64,000 nucleotides of DNA from a virus. The stretch is taken from positions 42,180 to 106,179 of the IMG/VR virus record IMGVR_UViG_3300027714_000001. One strand, given 5' to 3'. The notes below the pieces were generated by a model. It was not told where the DNA came from. It did no database searches and saw only the letters and a program-made list of their open reading frames with translations. Within the stretch, counting starts at the first letter, position 1. The number at the start of each line of letters is the position of its first letter. The translations under genes and the position numbers were made by a program. Of this stretch, positions 27,948-38,343 are shown piece by piece.

Positions 27948-28307
27948 ATGAATTTAAAGCGCAGAAAAGATTTAGAGCAACGTAACACCATACAAATCAT
28001 AGTAAAAGCAGACTGCAACGACGGAGATTATGTTACATCAACAACTACAATGCCCACTGCCGAGTTTACAGCTCCTGCATTTACTGGGGGTTGGACTGTA
28101 GAAGAGTATGTAGATATTCTTAGACGTTCTGCTATTGCCGGACGGGAATGGGTTAAATTTTGTCAGGATGCCACAGAAGATAAAGCTATTGGAGATTACT
28201 TGAGCGGTTTAGTTCCGTACAGCATTCACGATGGTATGGAAGTTGCTATATCTTCTATTACAGTTTTGTTTAACAACACCGAAGGGTGTATTTACGAGGT
28301 ATTATAA
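27948..28307 (+). CDS. hypothetical protein
   Basis: Own promoter (27889) and RBS; ADCNDGDY motif. Confidence 0.65.
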   Translation: MNLKRRKDLEQRNTIQIIVKADCNDGDYVTSTTTMPTAEFTAPAFTGGWTVEEYVDILRRSAIAGREWVKFCQDATEDKAIGDYLSGLVPYSIHDGMEVAISSITVLFNNTEGCIYEVL

Positions 28308-28448
28308 TGAAAGAACTACAAGGAACTCCAAACTATATAGAAGTTCCTTTCACCGTAGGTGATCCCTCCTTCTACGCAAGTAGACACGGTTTTACCACAT
28401 ATAAGTATAACGAGAGATACTTCCGCAGCAATATAGAAATTACAGAGG

Positions 28449-28844
28449 ATGAAGCTAATGATAACACCCAGTAACAGAAACCAGATGGGCAACGCAATGA
28501 ACCCCTACCAAGGTAAGACAAAAAGAATCCTGTGTGTATGTAGCGCAGGATTACTCCGCAGCCCCACAATCGCTAAGTATCTCACAGGTAAAGGCTTTAA
28601 CACGCGCGCCTGTGGTACATCACAAGACTTCGCGCTGATTCCTATTAGCCAAGCATTAGTTATGTGGGCTGACGAGATTCACGTAGTAAAAGAACAAGAG
28701 CATGTTATATTAGATATTCTAATAGCTGGTAATCTTCGCCCTAAAGTTGTTGTACTAGACATTCCTGACAATTATGGTACATTTGACCCAGAGCTTACAT
28801 TAATAATTAAAGATTTCTACGAACGTTTTGCGGAGTACAGCTAA
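28449..28844 (+). CDS. low-molecular-weight tyrosine phosphatase-like protein
   Basis: ILCVCSAGLLRSPT (CX5RS), WAD and DIPD motifs. Confidence 0.8.
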   Translation: MKLMITPSNRNQMGNAMNPYQGKTKRILCVCSAGLLRSPTIAKYLTGKGFNTRACGTSQDFALIPISQALVMWADEIHVVKEQEHVILDILIAGNLRPKVVVLDIPDNYGTFDPELTLIIKDFYERFAEYS

Positions 28845-29472
28845 TGATAATTGAAAGAATAACTGCTCGTATAGCTTGGATTGTAGAACCTGAACCTGGA
28901 GAGGAAGAAAAAACAAGAATTGTGGACTGGAGTGTTGTTACCAAAGTAAGAGTCTACGGTTACGAGATTTTAATAAACGAGCACTGGTTTAGTTGTGTTT
29001 GCAACCAAACTGCCGTAAAAGTCTATGAAGAAATAAAAACCCTGTGGAAAGACTACCTAATCTCGGAAGACCATAAAATATGATACTAAAGAAAGTTAGT
29101 GACAAATATGCTACTCTTAGTACATTTAACTCAAGTACCGTAACTACAGCAGTAAACGTAATCAAATGGGGCAAGGTAGGAAGTATTTGTGTGTCTTTAA
29201 AATTTGTGTCTATAGGGACTTTAGAGGTAGAAACAAATTCTATTACAGACGCTAATGCCCTACACAAAGAAGCAGTAATACTTTGGGAATCCTACCTAGA
29301 ACAAGAGGGTAGTACAATATGAGGACCATAAGAGAATTGAAAGCTAAAGTTGAATCTTTGGAGGCTCAACTAAGAATAAAAGAAGAAATGATTGAAACGC
29401 TAAAAACTGCAAGATGTTACGAGGTTGCAGATTTTAAACGAATTATTGCTAACCTAGAGGAAAGACTAAATA

Positions 29473-29748
29473 ATGTTTGATGCCAATATGAGACACTTGC
29501 CCAAGGGTACTAAGTTCTTTGCTAAAGTATACGCTACAGGCAACCTAATGTTTGTTACGCCCAACAAAATGTATATGTGTGAGATGCTAGAAGATGACCA
29601 CGAGAATCCTGCTGTAGATTTTGGCTTCGCCGTTTTACGTAGCCAGGACTGTGATGAGTCTTTCTTAGTATTTGAGGGCAGACAATCTCTAGCGGGATTT
29701 ATCAGCAAAGAATCTTTAGCTCAAGCTAAAAAGATGCTTGACAAATAG
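29473..29748 (+). CDS. hypothetical protein
   Basis: ORF in the early operon. Confidence 0.6.
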   Translation: MFDANMRHLPKGTKFFAKVYATGNLMFVTPNKMYMCEMLEDDHENPAVDFGFAVLRSQDCDESFLVFEGRQSLAGFISKESLAQAKKMLDK

Positions 29749-29797
29749 CCTAATGTTTGGTATAATATGTTTCTGGAATTGAGAAAAGGTACACAAA

Positions 29798-30178
29798 ATG
29801 TTTTACAAAGCAATATGCGGGGATTACGTAGCCCACATTATCAGAGTACAAGCTGTATGTTCAGAACCTAAGCCTATTATTATATCATACAAGTTTCGCC
29901 CCCGACCTCCGCATTATCACTGGGATAGGGAAACGCAGGAACAACAGATAGAGCACTTAGAAACACTATTCATAAATCGAACGCTAAAAGCTATACCTAC
30001 GTTACCTAAAACCATTAGTATAGCTACCGCGCAACAAGAATATGCGCAGTACGCAGTATGGAAGCTTGACAAAGAACTAGCAGAGTGGCGAAAGAAAGTA
30101 ACAAAACAATGGAAAGTCTGGCTACCAGACGGCACTACAGCAATACTAAACGAAAACCCCCTACAGGAAAACATATAA
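29798..30178 (+). CDS. hypothetical protein, paralog of 31831-32175
   Basis: Shared N-terminal (V.HI..) and C-terminal (W.V....G......NP.EN) pattern. Confidence 0.6.
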   Translation: MFYKAICGDYVAHIIRVQAVCSEPKPIIISYKFRPRPPHYHWDRETQEQQIEHLETLFINRTLKAIPTLPKTISIATAQQEYAQYAVWKLDKELAEWRKKVTKQWKVWLPDGTTAILNENPLQENI

Positions 30179-31068
30179 TGGGAATTACTACACTAGAACA
30201 AAATTATGCAAACTTTACCAATACTTCTAAGACTCTTGGTTCACAACTTGCAGAAAGCGTTAATATGTTACAGCTAGATAGTGTCAACTCTGCGGTAGCC
30301 GAGGCAGTCTTACAAATGGAAAGTATGGTAAGTAAAAGTCCAAGCAAAATGGCGTCTATCCCTTTCATTGGCAAATACCTTAGCAAAGCTAAGACAGACT
30401 TAGCTGAAAAAGAAATCAAATCGAGTAAGATGGTTGATGTTGTTGACAGACTATTTACATCATTAAGCACCAAGAAAGACAACATGATGAATGTTATGGA
30501 AACATTGTTCAACATCAAAGAGCTTCTAGTCAAAGAAGTTGCATTTATGATAGAGCAGGAGAGCTTGGCTAGAGAAATATCAATGGAAGGCAAAGGTATC
30601 GAAGTCACCAAGGCTAAAAACTTGTTAGTTCAAGTTTCACAGTCTATCGTTAAATCACGTGACCGTATTTCTGTTATCGACACCACATGCAAAGCCGCAG
30701 AAGCTACGACTATGGCAGTATCACAGTTGCTACCTTCACTACAGGGAGAGCTTATTACAGAAATGGCTATCCAAGGCGGACTACAAGAGCTTAAAGACTT
30801 TAAGACAATCTTTGACAATACGCTAGAGATTGTAAACAACCTTAGCCAAGAAAACAACAGTAGCATGATTAAAGTTCTAGAAGATGTTGTTGACCTGTCT
30901 GTTACACGTCCTACAGACATTGCCCGTCTAGAAGAAACCGCTATGTCCCGAAATGCTGTGCAAGAGAGGCTTAAGAAAAAGCTTATGGCTGCACAAGTTC
31001 AGCAAGACAAAGACATTAAGACGCTTACGGAGATTCGCTCCGAGCAACAATTATTGAGGTTACTATAA
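30178..31068 (+). CDS. TelA/KlaA-like coiled-coil protein
   Basis: All-helical 296 aa with IPFIGKYL motif; start corrected to ATG 30178. Confidence 0.55.
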   Translation: MGITTLEQNYANFTNTSKTLGSQLAESVNMLQLDSVNSAVAEAVLQMESMVSKSPSKMASIPFIGKYLSKAKTDLAEKEIKSSKMVDVVDRLFTSLSTKKDNMMNVMETLFNIKELLVKEVAFMIEQESLAREISMEGKGIEVTKAKNLLVQVSQSIVKSRDRISVIDTTCKAAEATTMAVSQLLPSLQGELITEMAIQGGLQELKDFKTIFDNTLEIVNNLSQENNSSMIKVLEDVVDLSVTRPTDIARLEETAMSRNAVQERLKKKLMAAQVQQDKDIKTLTEIRSEQQLLRLL

Positions 31069-31472
31069 TGAATCACATTGTTACAGATAACGGCAACATT
31101 ATTCCTATGTCTAGTGTCATTTATATGTCAGAGAAAGATCGTGTAGTTACCTTGCACCTTATCGGCAATAAGACTACACAGATATGTAATAAGACTATGT
31201 CACAGTTACTTATGCTTAATGTTCCAGCAGACCTTACTCCTGTAATAGAGACTATACTACAGAAAATGGATAGCATGGAAGATATGATTACAGCACGGGC
31301 TGCTAATATCCATGATGTGACTCAGATTGCATTACACAGTCTCAAAGAGAGCAACAACAAACTCACTAAAGCAGCTAACAGTGTAAACAGAAGCAAAGGT
31401 GAGTTATTTACAGCCTCAGGCAAACTAAGAGAGATTGTACAAGAACTAGAGAGATCGGTAGGTGTAGAATGA
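31068..31472 (+). CDS. hypothetical coiled-coil protein
   Basis: Coupled overlap. Confidence 0.65.
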   Translation: MNHIVTDNGNIIPMSSVIYMSEKDRVVTLHLIGNKTTQICNKTMSQLLMLNVPADLTPVIETILQKMDSMEDMITARAANIHDVTQIALHSLKESNNKLTKAANSVNRSKGELFTASGKLREIVQELERSVGVE

Positions 31473-31846
31473 TGTTATTTATACGCAGAAGTAGGGTTAA
31501 GAAATTACTAGCAGCCTACGAGAAATGTTACAGGCAAGACATACCAATGAAATCTATTGGCTATCAGGAACTATGGGAACTGCGCAATCTTAACCTAGAA
31601 GAAATTGCTACTGCGTATGACTTGCTTGACGGCTTCAAGCACTTCCCAGACATGCCCTGTCCCGCTATGTCCCGAGAGTGGGCAGAGAGTATAGCCCAAA
31701 TAATCTGCACCAACAAAATAACTAGACTTAGACGACAATTAAAGCATAAGCAATTTGTTGATAGGGACATATTTAGAGAGCACGCCAAATTTAACGAGAA
31801 CCTACAACTAGTAAACCAGACAGGAAATTTATGGAAGACTTCATAA
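31469..31846 (+). CDS. hypothetical protein
   Basis: ATGA overlap. Confidence 0.6.
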   Translation: MMLFIRRSRVKKLLAAYEKCYRQDIPMKSIGYQELWELRNLNLEEIATAYDLLDGFKHFPDMPCPAMSREWAESIAQIICTNKITRLRRQLKHKQFVDRDIFREHAKFNENLQLVNQTGNLWKTS

Positions 31847-32175
31847 GAATAGATAGCGAAACGCTAGTAGCAAAACAACACATTGTTGCTATAACTAAAG
31901 GGCAAACTAATTCCATAGACCTGCCTAGACTGGTAGTAGTAAGCCAAAGATGCTCTAGTGAATCTACCCTAAGGAGGGAGTACAAACTGCATCCAATTAC
32001 TCATTCCTCTAAGGTAGTTAGCGCATGTAACGAGATAGAAAGAAACAAGTACAGTACCTCCAAAGAAGCTTGGGACAGACTCAATGTAAAGACACCTTTT
32101 TGGACAGTTCTAGTAGTTACAGGAAACACATACAAAACTAACAAAAATCCTGCGGAGAACTATGCGGTTATATGA
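31831..32175 (+). CDS. hypothetical protein
   Basis: AGGA RBS. Confidence 0.6.
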   Translation: MEDFIRIDSETLVAKQHIVAITKGQTNSIDLPRLVVVSQRCSSESTLRREYKLHPITHSSKVVSACNEIERNKYSTSKEAWDRLNVKTPFWTVLVVTGNTYKTNKNPAENYAVI

Positions 32176-32564
32176 TATTGATTCCACGTTACAAATCAAC
32201 CTAAACTAGGAGATCTAGATGACAGCATATAGTGATGTTGTATCAATTAACAGAGACAATGTACTGTTTGTCAAACAAAGCTTTGACGTACACTTTGATG
32301 GTGTAACTGTAAGAAACCACCCAACAAATCCTCTTGAGCCTAAAAGCTTAGAGGATTTAATCGCACATCTGGACGACGCAGAATTGTGCCAACTACAACG
32401 AATTATAGAGCTGAGACAAATATGAGCAATTTCCAAAAGTATTACCTAGAAATGCAAGCGAACCAACAGAAAGTTGACAATGCAGAAGTTATAAGACTAG
32501 CACTAGCATTGCCAGACAAAGAAAAGAAGGAACTACTTGCTGCACTATTAAAGGAGACACAGAT

Positions 32565-32789
32565 ATGACAGAAGAACAGAAGCAACAAATATGGAACGCT
32601 ATAGACGAGCAGACCGAATCACATAGGGAAAGGCCAAAAGAGGCAGCAGAAGCAATATCAGCTATGCTACAGGAAGCATTTGAGTTCGAGCAAATTGCTA
32701 GGCATTTAGCAAATAATGTACCAAACAAGTATGTACTAGAAGTAATCCGACTGTTAAGAAACAGAGTAGCAGAAGGACTAGGGATATGA
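32565..32789 (+). CDS. hypothetical protein
   Basis: AGGAG RBS. Confidence 0.6.
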   Translation: MTEEQKQQIWNAIDEQTESHRERPKEAAEAISAMLQEAFEFEQIARHLANNVPNKYVLEVIRLLRNRVAEGLGI

Positions 32790-33496
32790 GCCAAGAAAGA
32801 GTAGAAGAAATTAAACGTATACAGGCAGAGCTGGAGCTAGAACTAGCCTCTTACACTCCTGTGTCAACCGAGATATTAACCCCCATCATTAATAGAAAAT
32901 ATGTTCTGAATAATAAGTGGAACTACGACTTACTGGAGAAAGATTTCCACAAGCTAAACGGTAGGTACATTCCACTAGATGCGATAAAGAAAATCACTAA
33001 ACGTTTACGTATCAATAGACTGCCGCAGCTAGACGTACCAATTAAAGAACTACAACTGCTAAATCCACTAGGACTAGAAGATGTATTTAAAACGATTAAA
33101 GGTTGCTGGTATTACAACACTGAAATTCCTGCTAGACAGTTAGCAATGCATTTGTTCTTAGGAAAAAAGAATGTTCTAGAAGAAGGACAATCATGTACTA
33201 GGTGGTTTCCAAAGAATACATTGAGAGAAGTTATAAATATTGATAGAGACCCGCTACCATTTTCTGATACAAACCTCAATATTAATGGGATGCCTGACCT
33301 AGATACTAGCTTTCCGTGCGAACCTACACAGGAATGTTTAGATATTTTAAAGACAGGACTAGGCAAGAGACACTTAGTAACAGCTTCAAACTATTACAAC
33401 TACGACCTCATACAATTAGAGCTTTTTATCCAAACGGGGATTAACTACAGGCCATCTGTCAAGGAGTTACAACCCAAACACTTGATCGGCATTTAA
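32786..33496 (+). CDS. hypothetical protein, last early gene before the repeat region
   Basis: 236-aa ORF with ATGA overlap. Confidence 0.7.
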   Translation: MSQERVEEIKRIQAELELELASYTPVSTEILTPIINRKYVLNNKWNYDLLEKDFHKLNGRYIPLDAIKKITKRLRINRLPQLDVPIKELQLLNPLGLEDVFKTIKGCWYYNTEIPARQLAMHLFLGKKNVLEEGQSCTRWFPKNTLREVINIDRDPLPFSDTNLNINGMPDLDTSFPCEPTQECLDILKTGLGKRHLVTASNYYNYDLIQLELFIQTGINYRPSVKELQPKHLIGI

Positions 33497-33591
33497 AAGA
33501 TTATTTGACAGTAGGATTTTCCTATGCTATAATTACAAGGTAATCTTAAGAGAGACTAGAGAGAATCTTTAGAATCTCTACTACCTCCGCA

Positions 33592-33687
33592 AGATTTGAC
33601 AGAGCTTAAGGTCTAGGATATACACCTCCCGATACCATACGGGAAGGGGGTGTTTATACGCAGACTAACTTTAGCTTCTTCAAATCT
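33592..33687 (+). ncRNA. candidate rod-like RNA
   Basis: Downstream of promoter 33505-33533; nested helices AGATTTGA/TCAAATCT, AGCT/AGCT, GTCT/AGAC, CACC/GGTG, CCCG/CGGG. Confidence 0.5.
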
Positions 33688-33919
33688 AAAACAAACAACA
33701 AATCATTAACAGCCACAGCTATATCTACCAACAAATATAACAACTAATATCTACACAAGAGGGGACTTTTAACGCTATAGAACCCACTCGAACGGTATGA
33801 ACAACCAATGTCGTATAGAGCTTCGAGAACCCCTTCACCATAATACTAGCCTACACTAGTCCACACCAGACTACACCAATATCGTCCTAGACCAGAGTAG
33901 AACAACACAAGACTACACC

Positions 33920-33958
33920 AGCCCGCTAATGTCCCCAAGAGAGACTGCGGGCTTTTTT
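33920..33958 (+). terminator. rho-independent terminator
   Basis: AGCCCGC...GCGGGCT followed by a T-run. Confidence 0.7.
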
Positions 33959-33990
33959 GTGTCTAAAATTTAATACCTCTAGTCAAAACT

Positions 33991-34105
33991 GTCATAATTG
34001 TTCGCTAATGTCCAAAAGCAGTCAGAATTGCAGTCATAATTGTTCGCTAATGTCCAAAAGCAGTCAGAATTGCAGTCATAATTGTTCGCTAATGTCCAAA
34101 AGCAG
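33991..34105. repeat. 42-bp tandem repeat, ~2.7 copies
   Basis: GTCATAATTGTTCGCTAATGTCCAAAAGCAGTCAGAATTGCA at 33991, 34033, 34075. Confidence 0.95.
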
Positions 34106-34457
34106 GGGCCGACCCCATCGGAATAGACAACCCCGTCAGCTCAGAACGGGCTAGGGCGCAGGAGAGCTTCTAACGGGACATTAGCGGTCTGCCCCGAGTC
34201 TAACACCAGATTAGCCGTGGTTACACCGAAATAAACTTTAAATAGCGTTGACAAACCGCTTGCGCTCATGTATAATAGTATGATAAAGTGGGAAAGCTTA
34301 TGCCAAAATTCGCCGCAGCGGGGGGTAACATTATCACTACCCGCACCTAGTCTGCACCTACCACACAGTCCCGCCCCGTCCCGCAGAAAAACTAAAAAAT
34401 CACTTGACAAGCAACGTCTCGGTAAGGTATACTAGGCGCGAGTCTAATATAAGTACT

Positions 34458-34621
34458 AACGTAACATAAGTACTACCTCGCGGGCGCAACAACGTAACAT
34501 AAGTACTACCTCGCGGGCGCAACAACGTAACATAAGTACTACCTCGCGGGCGCAACAACGTAACATAAGTACTACCTCGCGGGCGCAACAACGTAACATA
34601 AGTACTACCTCGCAGGCGCAA
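34458..34621. repeat. 33-bp tandem repeat, 5 copies
   Basis: AACGTAACATAAGTACTACCTCGCGGGCGCAAC; preceded by TTGACA(34404)/TATACT(34428). Confidence 0.95.
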
Positions 34622-34797
34622 ACAGGGGTGAACCCCTTTTGACCAATCTAAACTGATCAAAATTTGACTGGACCGACCAGTCAAATAAAGCTTGACACGA
34701 GAACGCTGCGCGCAGCTTCCATGCCACTTTGTCAAGCTTTTTATTTAATTTTAAGCAAAAAAAAGCCATGCCAATGTGGCACAGCTTTTGCTAGAGC

Positions 34798-35160
34798 TTA
34801 CAGCTCAGTAGCGACTGACAAAGCAGCGAGAGCTTCGTTCAAGCGGTCTAGGTCAGCTTTGCTGGCCTTCTCTAAAGAATCCAACTCGCCTTCCTTAAGG
34901 CTAAGAAAAATTTCAGCAGCCCGCACTAGCGAGATTTTGCGAGTGCCAGTTTTTGAGGTTACAGAAACTTTGACGTTAGGCTCATACAAACCTTCGCTTA
35001 CTAGTTTACCGCGAACCATAGGAATGGTCTTGCCCAAACCTTTTGCGATGCTAGACAAGGCATCGTTTTCGCCTTTGTATTCGCTTTTAAGAGTAGCGAT
35101 TTGCGCAGGAGTCCAAGATACAGATTTTACAGCAGATTTTACAGTTTTTGCATTAGACAT
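34798..35160 (-). CDS. T5 A2/D3-like DNA-binding protein
   Basis: WT..., IAK.LG...VRGKL..EG.Y and K..LVR.AE..L.L..G.LDSLEKA motifs. Confidence 0.75.
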   Translation of the reverse strand: MSNAKTVKSAVKSVSWTPAQIATLKSEYKGENDALSSIAKGLGKTIPMVRGKLVSEGLYEPNVKVSVTSKTGTRKISLVRAAEIFLSLKEGELDSLEKASKADLDRLNEALAALSVATEL

Positions 35161-35447
35161 TTACGTCTCCTTTAGTAATGCGGATTTGGGATTATTCCCG
35201 ATTTCTTAAGACTATTATAACAATTTTTAGTCTTTGAGTCGAGCTTTTATTTAATTATTTTTTAAACTAAATTTCCAGCTTGTCCTGATTTCTTAAGACT
35301 ATTATAACAATTTTTAGTCTTTGAGTCAAGCCTTTATTTAATTATTTTTTAAACTAATTTCACAAACCTTCCCAACTCAAGACAAGTATTATCTCACAAT
35401 GTTAGCTTGCTGTCCAGCTTTATTTCAAAATAAGGTGAAAATAAAGT

Positions 35448-35463
35448 TGGCACGGGTCTTGCT
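35448..35463 (+). promoter_or_regulatory. sigma54 -24/-12 consensus site
   Basis: TGGCAC-GGGTC-TTGCT; IHF consensus AATCAATGACTTA at 35501-35513. Confidence 0.55.
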
Positions 35464-35589
35464 AGGAAAATAGGGGGTTGACTTTTAAAAACTCCTTTAA
35501 AATCAATGACTTACGCCGCTTCGCCGCGCGCGGCTGCGACCCCCTTTTGTCAAGTTTTATTTTTCAAATTTTAAATAATTTGCTCATAC

Positions 35590-35835
35590 TTAATCCCTAA
35601 CACTAGCCATAAAATCAGAGCAATCATCCGCGTTAAAATTTCCATCTTCGTCTATGTCTTCCGATTCAATCCAGCCTGAATCAGTTTGTAAAAGACCATG
35701 TGATTCTGCAAAATCCTGCTCGTATTTTTCCATCGCAATGTCTTCCGCTTGGTTCTCGTCTTCCGCTTCGACTTCGTAATGTTCACTGTACCCACACCAG
35801 TCTACAGCGTAAATTTCTACTATGAATTTTTTCAT
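35590..35835 (-). CDS. very acidic small pre-early protein
   Basis: 81 aa, strongly Asp/Glu-rich; AAGGAG RBS. Confidence 0.7.
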   Translation of the reverse strand: MKKFIVEIYAVDWCGYSEHYEVEAEDENQAEDIAMEKYEQDFAESHGLLQTDSGWIESEDIDEDGNFNADDCSDFMASVRD

Positions 35836-36137
35836 CGGTTTAGCTCCTTAAACATTAATTGTCTTATTGTTTCGCACGTAGCGTCACTTGCTAAAATAGA
35901 AATATTTTTAAAAGTCTTACCATCCCTTCGAAGTTCTGCGCCTAGCTCCTTAGCTATATACTGAGAATCAGCAAACTTTAAAACAGGCATTGCCATACAA
36001 TGCAACGAACGTTGACGAAAAAGGCCGCCCCCTTTTGTTAGCGTGATCTCTCCGTCTTCCCAAATTTCTTGTACCATCCCAACATTTTCCATAGTTGGGG
36101 CGGCTTTAAATGCTTCGATTATTTTTAAAATGCTCAT
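35832..36137 (-). CDS. hypothetical pre-early protein
   Basis: ATGA-coupled operon. Confidence 0.7.
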   Translation of the reverse strand: MSILKIIEAFKAAPTMENVGMVQEIWEDGEITLTKGGGLFRQRSLHCMAMPVLKFADSQYIAKELGAELRRDGKTFKNISILASDATCETIRQLMFKELNR

Positions 36138-36442
36138 TTTTGTAGTTCCTTAAGTAGGTCTTCTAGTTCTGAAATTTGGTCTTGTCTGTCTCCAAGCTCT
36201 GATACTATATTATCATATTCTTCATGACAATGCTCTATTTCTTTGATAAGTTTTGCTATTTTTAAGGCTCTTGCAGGGTCAAAATTTAAGTCTACTGTTT
36301 TTACTCGTAAAACAGTAACAGATTTATACGTATCTGGAATCTGTTCTAGGGTTTCAAAGTATTCTACTACTTCAATACACCCACCAGAGTAGTTGTCTCC
36401 AACTACTTTAGAACTTACTACCTTATAAAGTTTACTCATCAT
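36134..36442 (-). CDS. hypothetical pre-early protein
   Basis: Own promoter/RBS cassette. Confidence 0.7.
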   Translation of the reverse strand: MMSKLYKVVSSKVVGDNYSGGCIEVVEYFETLEQIPDTYKSVTVLRVKTVDLNFDPARALKIAKLIKEIEHCHEEYDNIVSELGDRQDQISELEDLLKELQK

Positions 36443-36890
36443 TTTTCTTCCTAGTTATTCAATACAAGTATTATCTCATAAATAAGCTACGTTGTCTAAT
36501 ACCGTTTTAGTATATGCTTATGCATTTTTAGTCTTGACAGGCGTTCCGCCGCGCGCGGCTGCGACCCCCTTTTGTCAAGTTTTATTTTTCAAATATTTTT
36601 TCATCCCCTTTTAAGTCCTTTTTTTTGTTTTTTAAAAATAATTACTGCTTGCTTTCTATAAAATTCCTTAGTCTCTGTGCAATTATTTTCATTATACCCT
36701 TCATCTACTAAGTTTTTAAAATTTCTTAACATGCTTTTAATATTCTCCAATAGCTAAAATTAAATTCTTTTTTGTCGGTATATTTGTTTGACTTTTTGCA
36801 AAATTTCTTTGCTTCTTTTTCTGTCTCACAATAGCCGACAATATCCACAATTCCAAACTTATCTGTAATTTCTACAATATACATATTATA

Positions 36891-37157
36891 TCACCATATA
36901 AAAAATAAAACAACTAAATTCGATGTAATGCCTATTATGCTAGAAACGATATGAAGTTTGCATTTTCTAGTAATTGCGTCAACTAAGTAACAACATAAAG
37001 CAGTTATTAACAAAACTATACTAGCTATAGGCATAGAAACACCTGTTTTTATTGAAACTATTACATTAGGAATATTCATCATTTGCATTAGGCCGAAGCC
37101 TACCCAAGGAATATAAGCAAGCATTGCTTGCTTATATTTATTAAATCTATTTTCCAT
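36891..37157 (-). CDS. small membrane protein (PQ-loop/SemiSWEET-like topology)
   Basis: Three TM segments with IPN(V) after TM1. Confidence 0.55.
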   Translation of the reverse strand: MENRFNKYKQAMLAYIPWVGFGLMQMMNIPNVIVSIKTGVSMPIASIVLLITALCCYLVDAITRKCKLHIVSSIIGITSNLVVLFFIW

Positions 37158-37912
37158 TATAAAAACTTTACCTCGTTCAAAGTTACATTTTTACCTAGAC
37201 GAATTTTGTCTTTGATTTTTTTTAATTTTTCTTCGTTTAAAATAATTTCTTCTTTGTCTTGGATAAGTCTCCAAGGGTGAGAAATAATACCGTAGTTAAT
37301 TTTCTTACCTAGACCAAGCAATCGGACTAAAAGCTCTTTTTCAATTAGTGCATCATCTAAAGCGGTATGCGACTCTTGAAATTCCCAATCCCCAATGCCG
37401 TATTTATAAGCAACTTCGGCATTAGTTTTATAGTTACCCGCAGGTGAAACATGACCCATTAACTTACACCACTTTTTAAAAGTACGTTGCTGTAGTAATG
37501 TCTCGCAAGATACACGCCACAAATCAAGTTGCTCTCTTTTGCCTATAGCCATAAAGCCACCATATTTACGACCTGTATTACTAATGACCCTAGAATCAAA
37601 AGCTAAATTATAAGCGCAAATAGTAGTGACACCATGATTTTTCATTAGCTTGTTTACGTCATGGCAAATTACAGCCCAGCTTTTTACGTCCATACGGTTG
37701 CATCGGATATTTGGCTTGTAAAAGCTATCGACTTTTTTAAAGTAAAAGGCTTTTTTCATCATCTGGACATTTTCAAAAACTTCCTTTATAATGGAATCAT
37801 ATCTTGCAAGCTCTTTGCCTTCTTTGTCACAAATTACCATACCAAAATCAAAAACTTCACCCGTCAAAGTTGCGGTTTCTGTGTCGATTACTGCGTATAT
37901 TCTTTTAGTCAT
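37157..37912 (-). CDS. DEDDh 3'-5' exonuclease
   Basis: IDTET, AYNLAFD and HTALDDA motifs. Confidence 0.85.
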   Translation of the reverse strand: MTKRIYAVIDTETATLTGEVFDFGMVICDKEGKELARYDSIIKEVFENVQMMKKAFYFKKVDSFYKPNIRCNRMDVKSWAVICHDVNKLMKNHGVTTICAYNLAFDSRVISNTGRKYGGFMAIGKREQLDLWRVSCETLLQQRTFKKWCKLMGHVSPAGNYKTNAEVAYKYGIGDWEFQESHTALDDALIEKELLVRLLGLGKKINYGIISHPWRLIQDKEEIILNEEKLKKIKDKIRLGKNVTLNEVKFL

Positions 37913-38343
37913 TTTTTAATTCTCTATCTAAGTAAGTGCTAATTATAGCTTTTTTGGTGGTTTGTGTCAAGTGTTTATTTAAGCTATTTTATAAATAAAT
38001 TCTCTTTGCTCTCCCCATCCAACACAAGTATTATCTCATACCCTTTCAACATTGTCAACCCTTTATTTTATTTTGTTTTAAATTTAATTTAAAACTAACT
38101 CTGTACCGATTCAACACAAGTATTATCTCATAAATACGTTGGGTTGTCAAAGACCGTTTTGGTATAGCTTTGCTTGTTTTTATACCAAAACGGTCTTGAC
38201 AGGCGTTCCGCCGCGCGCGGCTCCTGCGGCCCTGTCAAGTTTTTATTAAAAATAAAATTCTTTCTAGTGTGTCTATTTCGCCCGCTATGTAAGCTAATCT
38301 GTACGCTTTTTGTCGGGTGTTTTCTCTCTCATTAGTTACTAGT

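Noticed and set aside
33980-34085. Pho boxes (GTCAT repeats)
   Set aside because: Half-site spacing is 9 or 12 bp, not the 11-bp PhoB period
34324-34470. matS- or SlmA-like sites (GTAACATTATCAC, ATAAGTACTAAC)
   Set aside because: One to two mismatches in short AT-rich motifs; not distinguishable from chance by eye
33957-34735. Repetitive ORFs 33957-34154 and 34400-34735
   Set aside because: They are translations of DNA tandem repeats whose unit length is a multiple of three; no RBS
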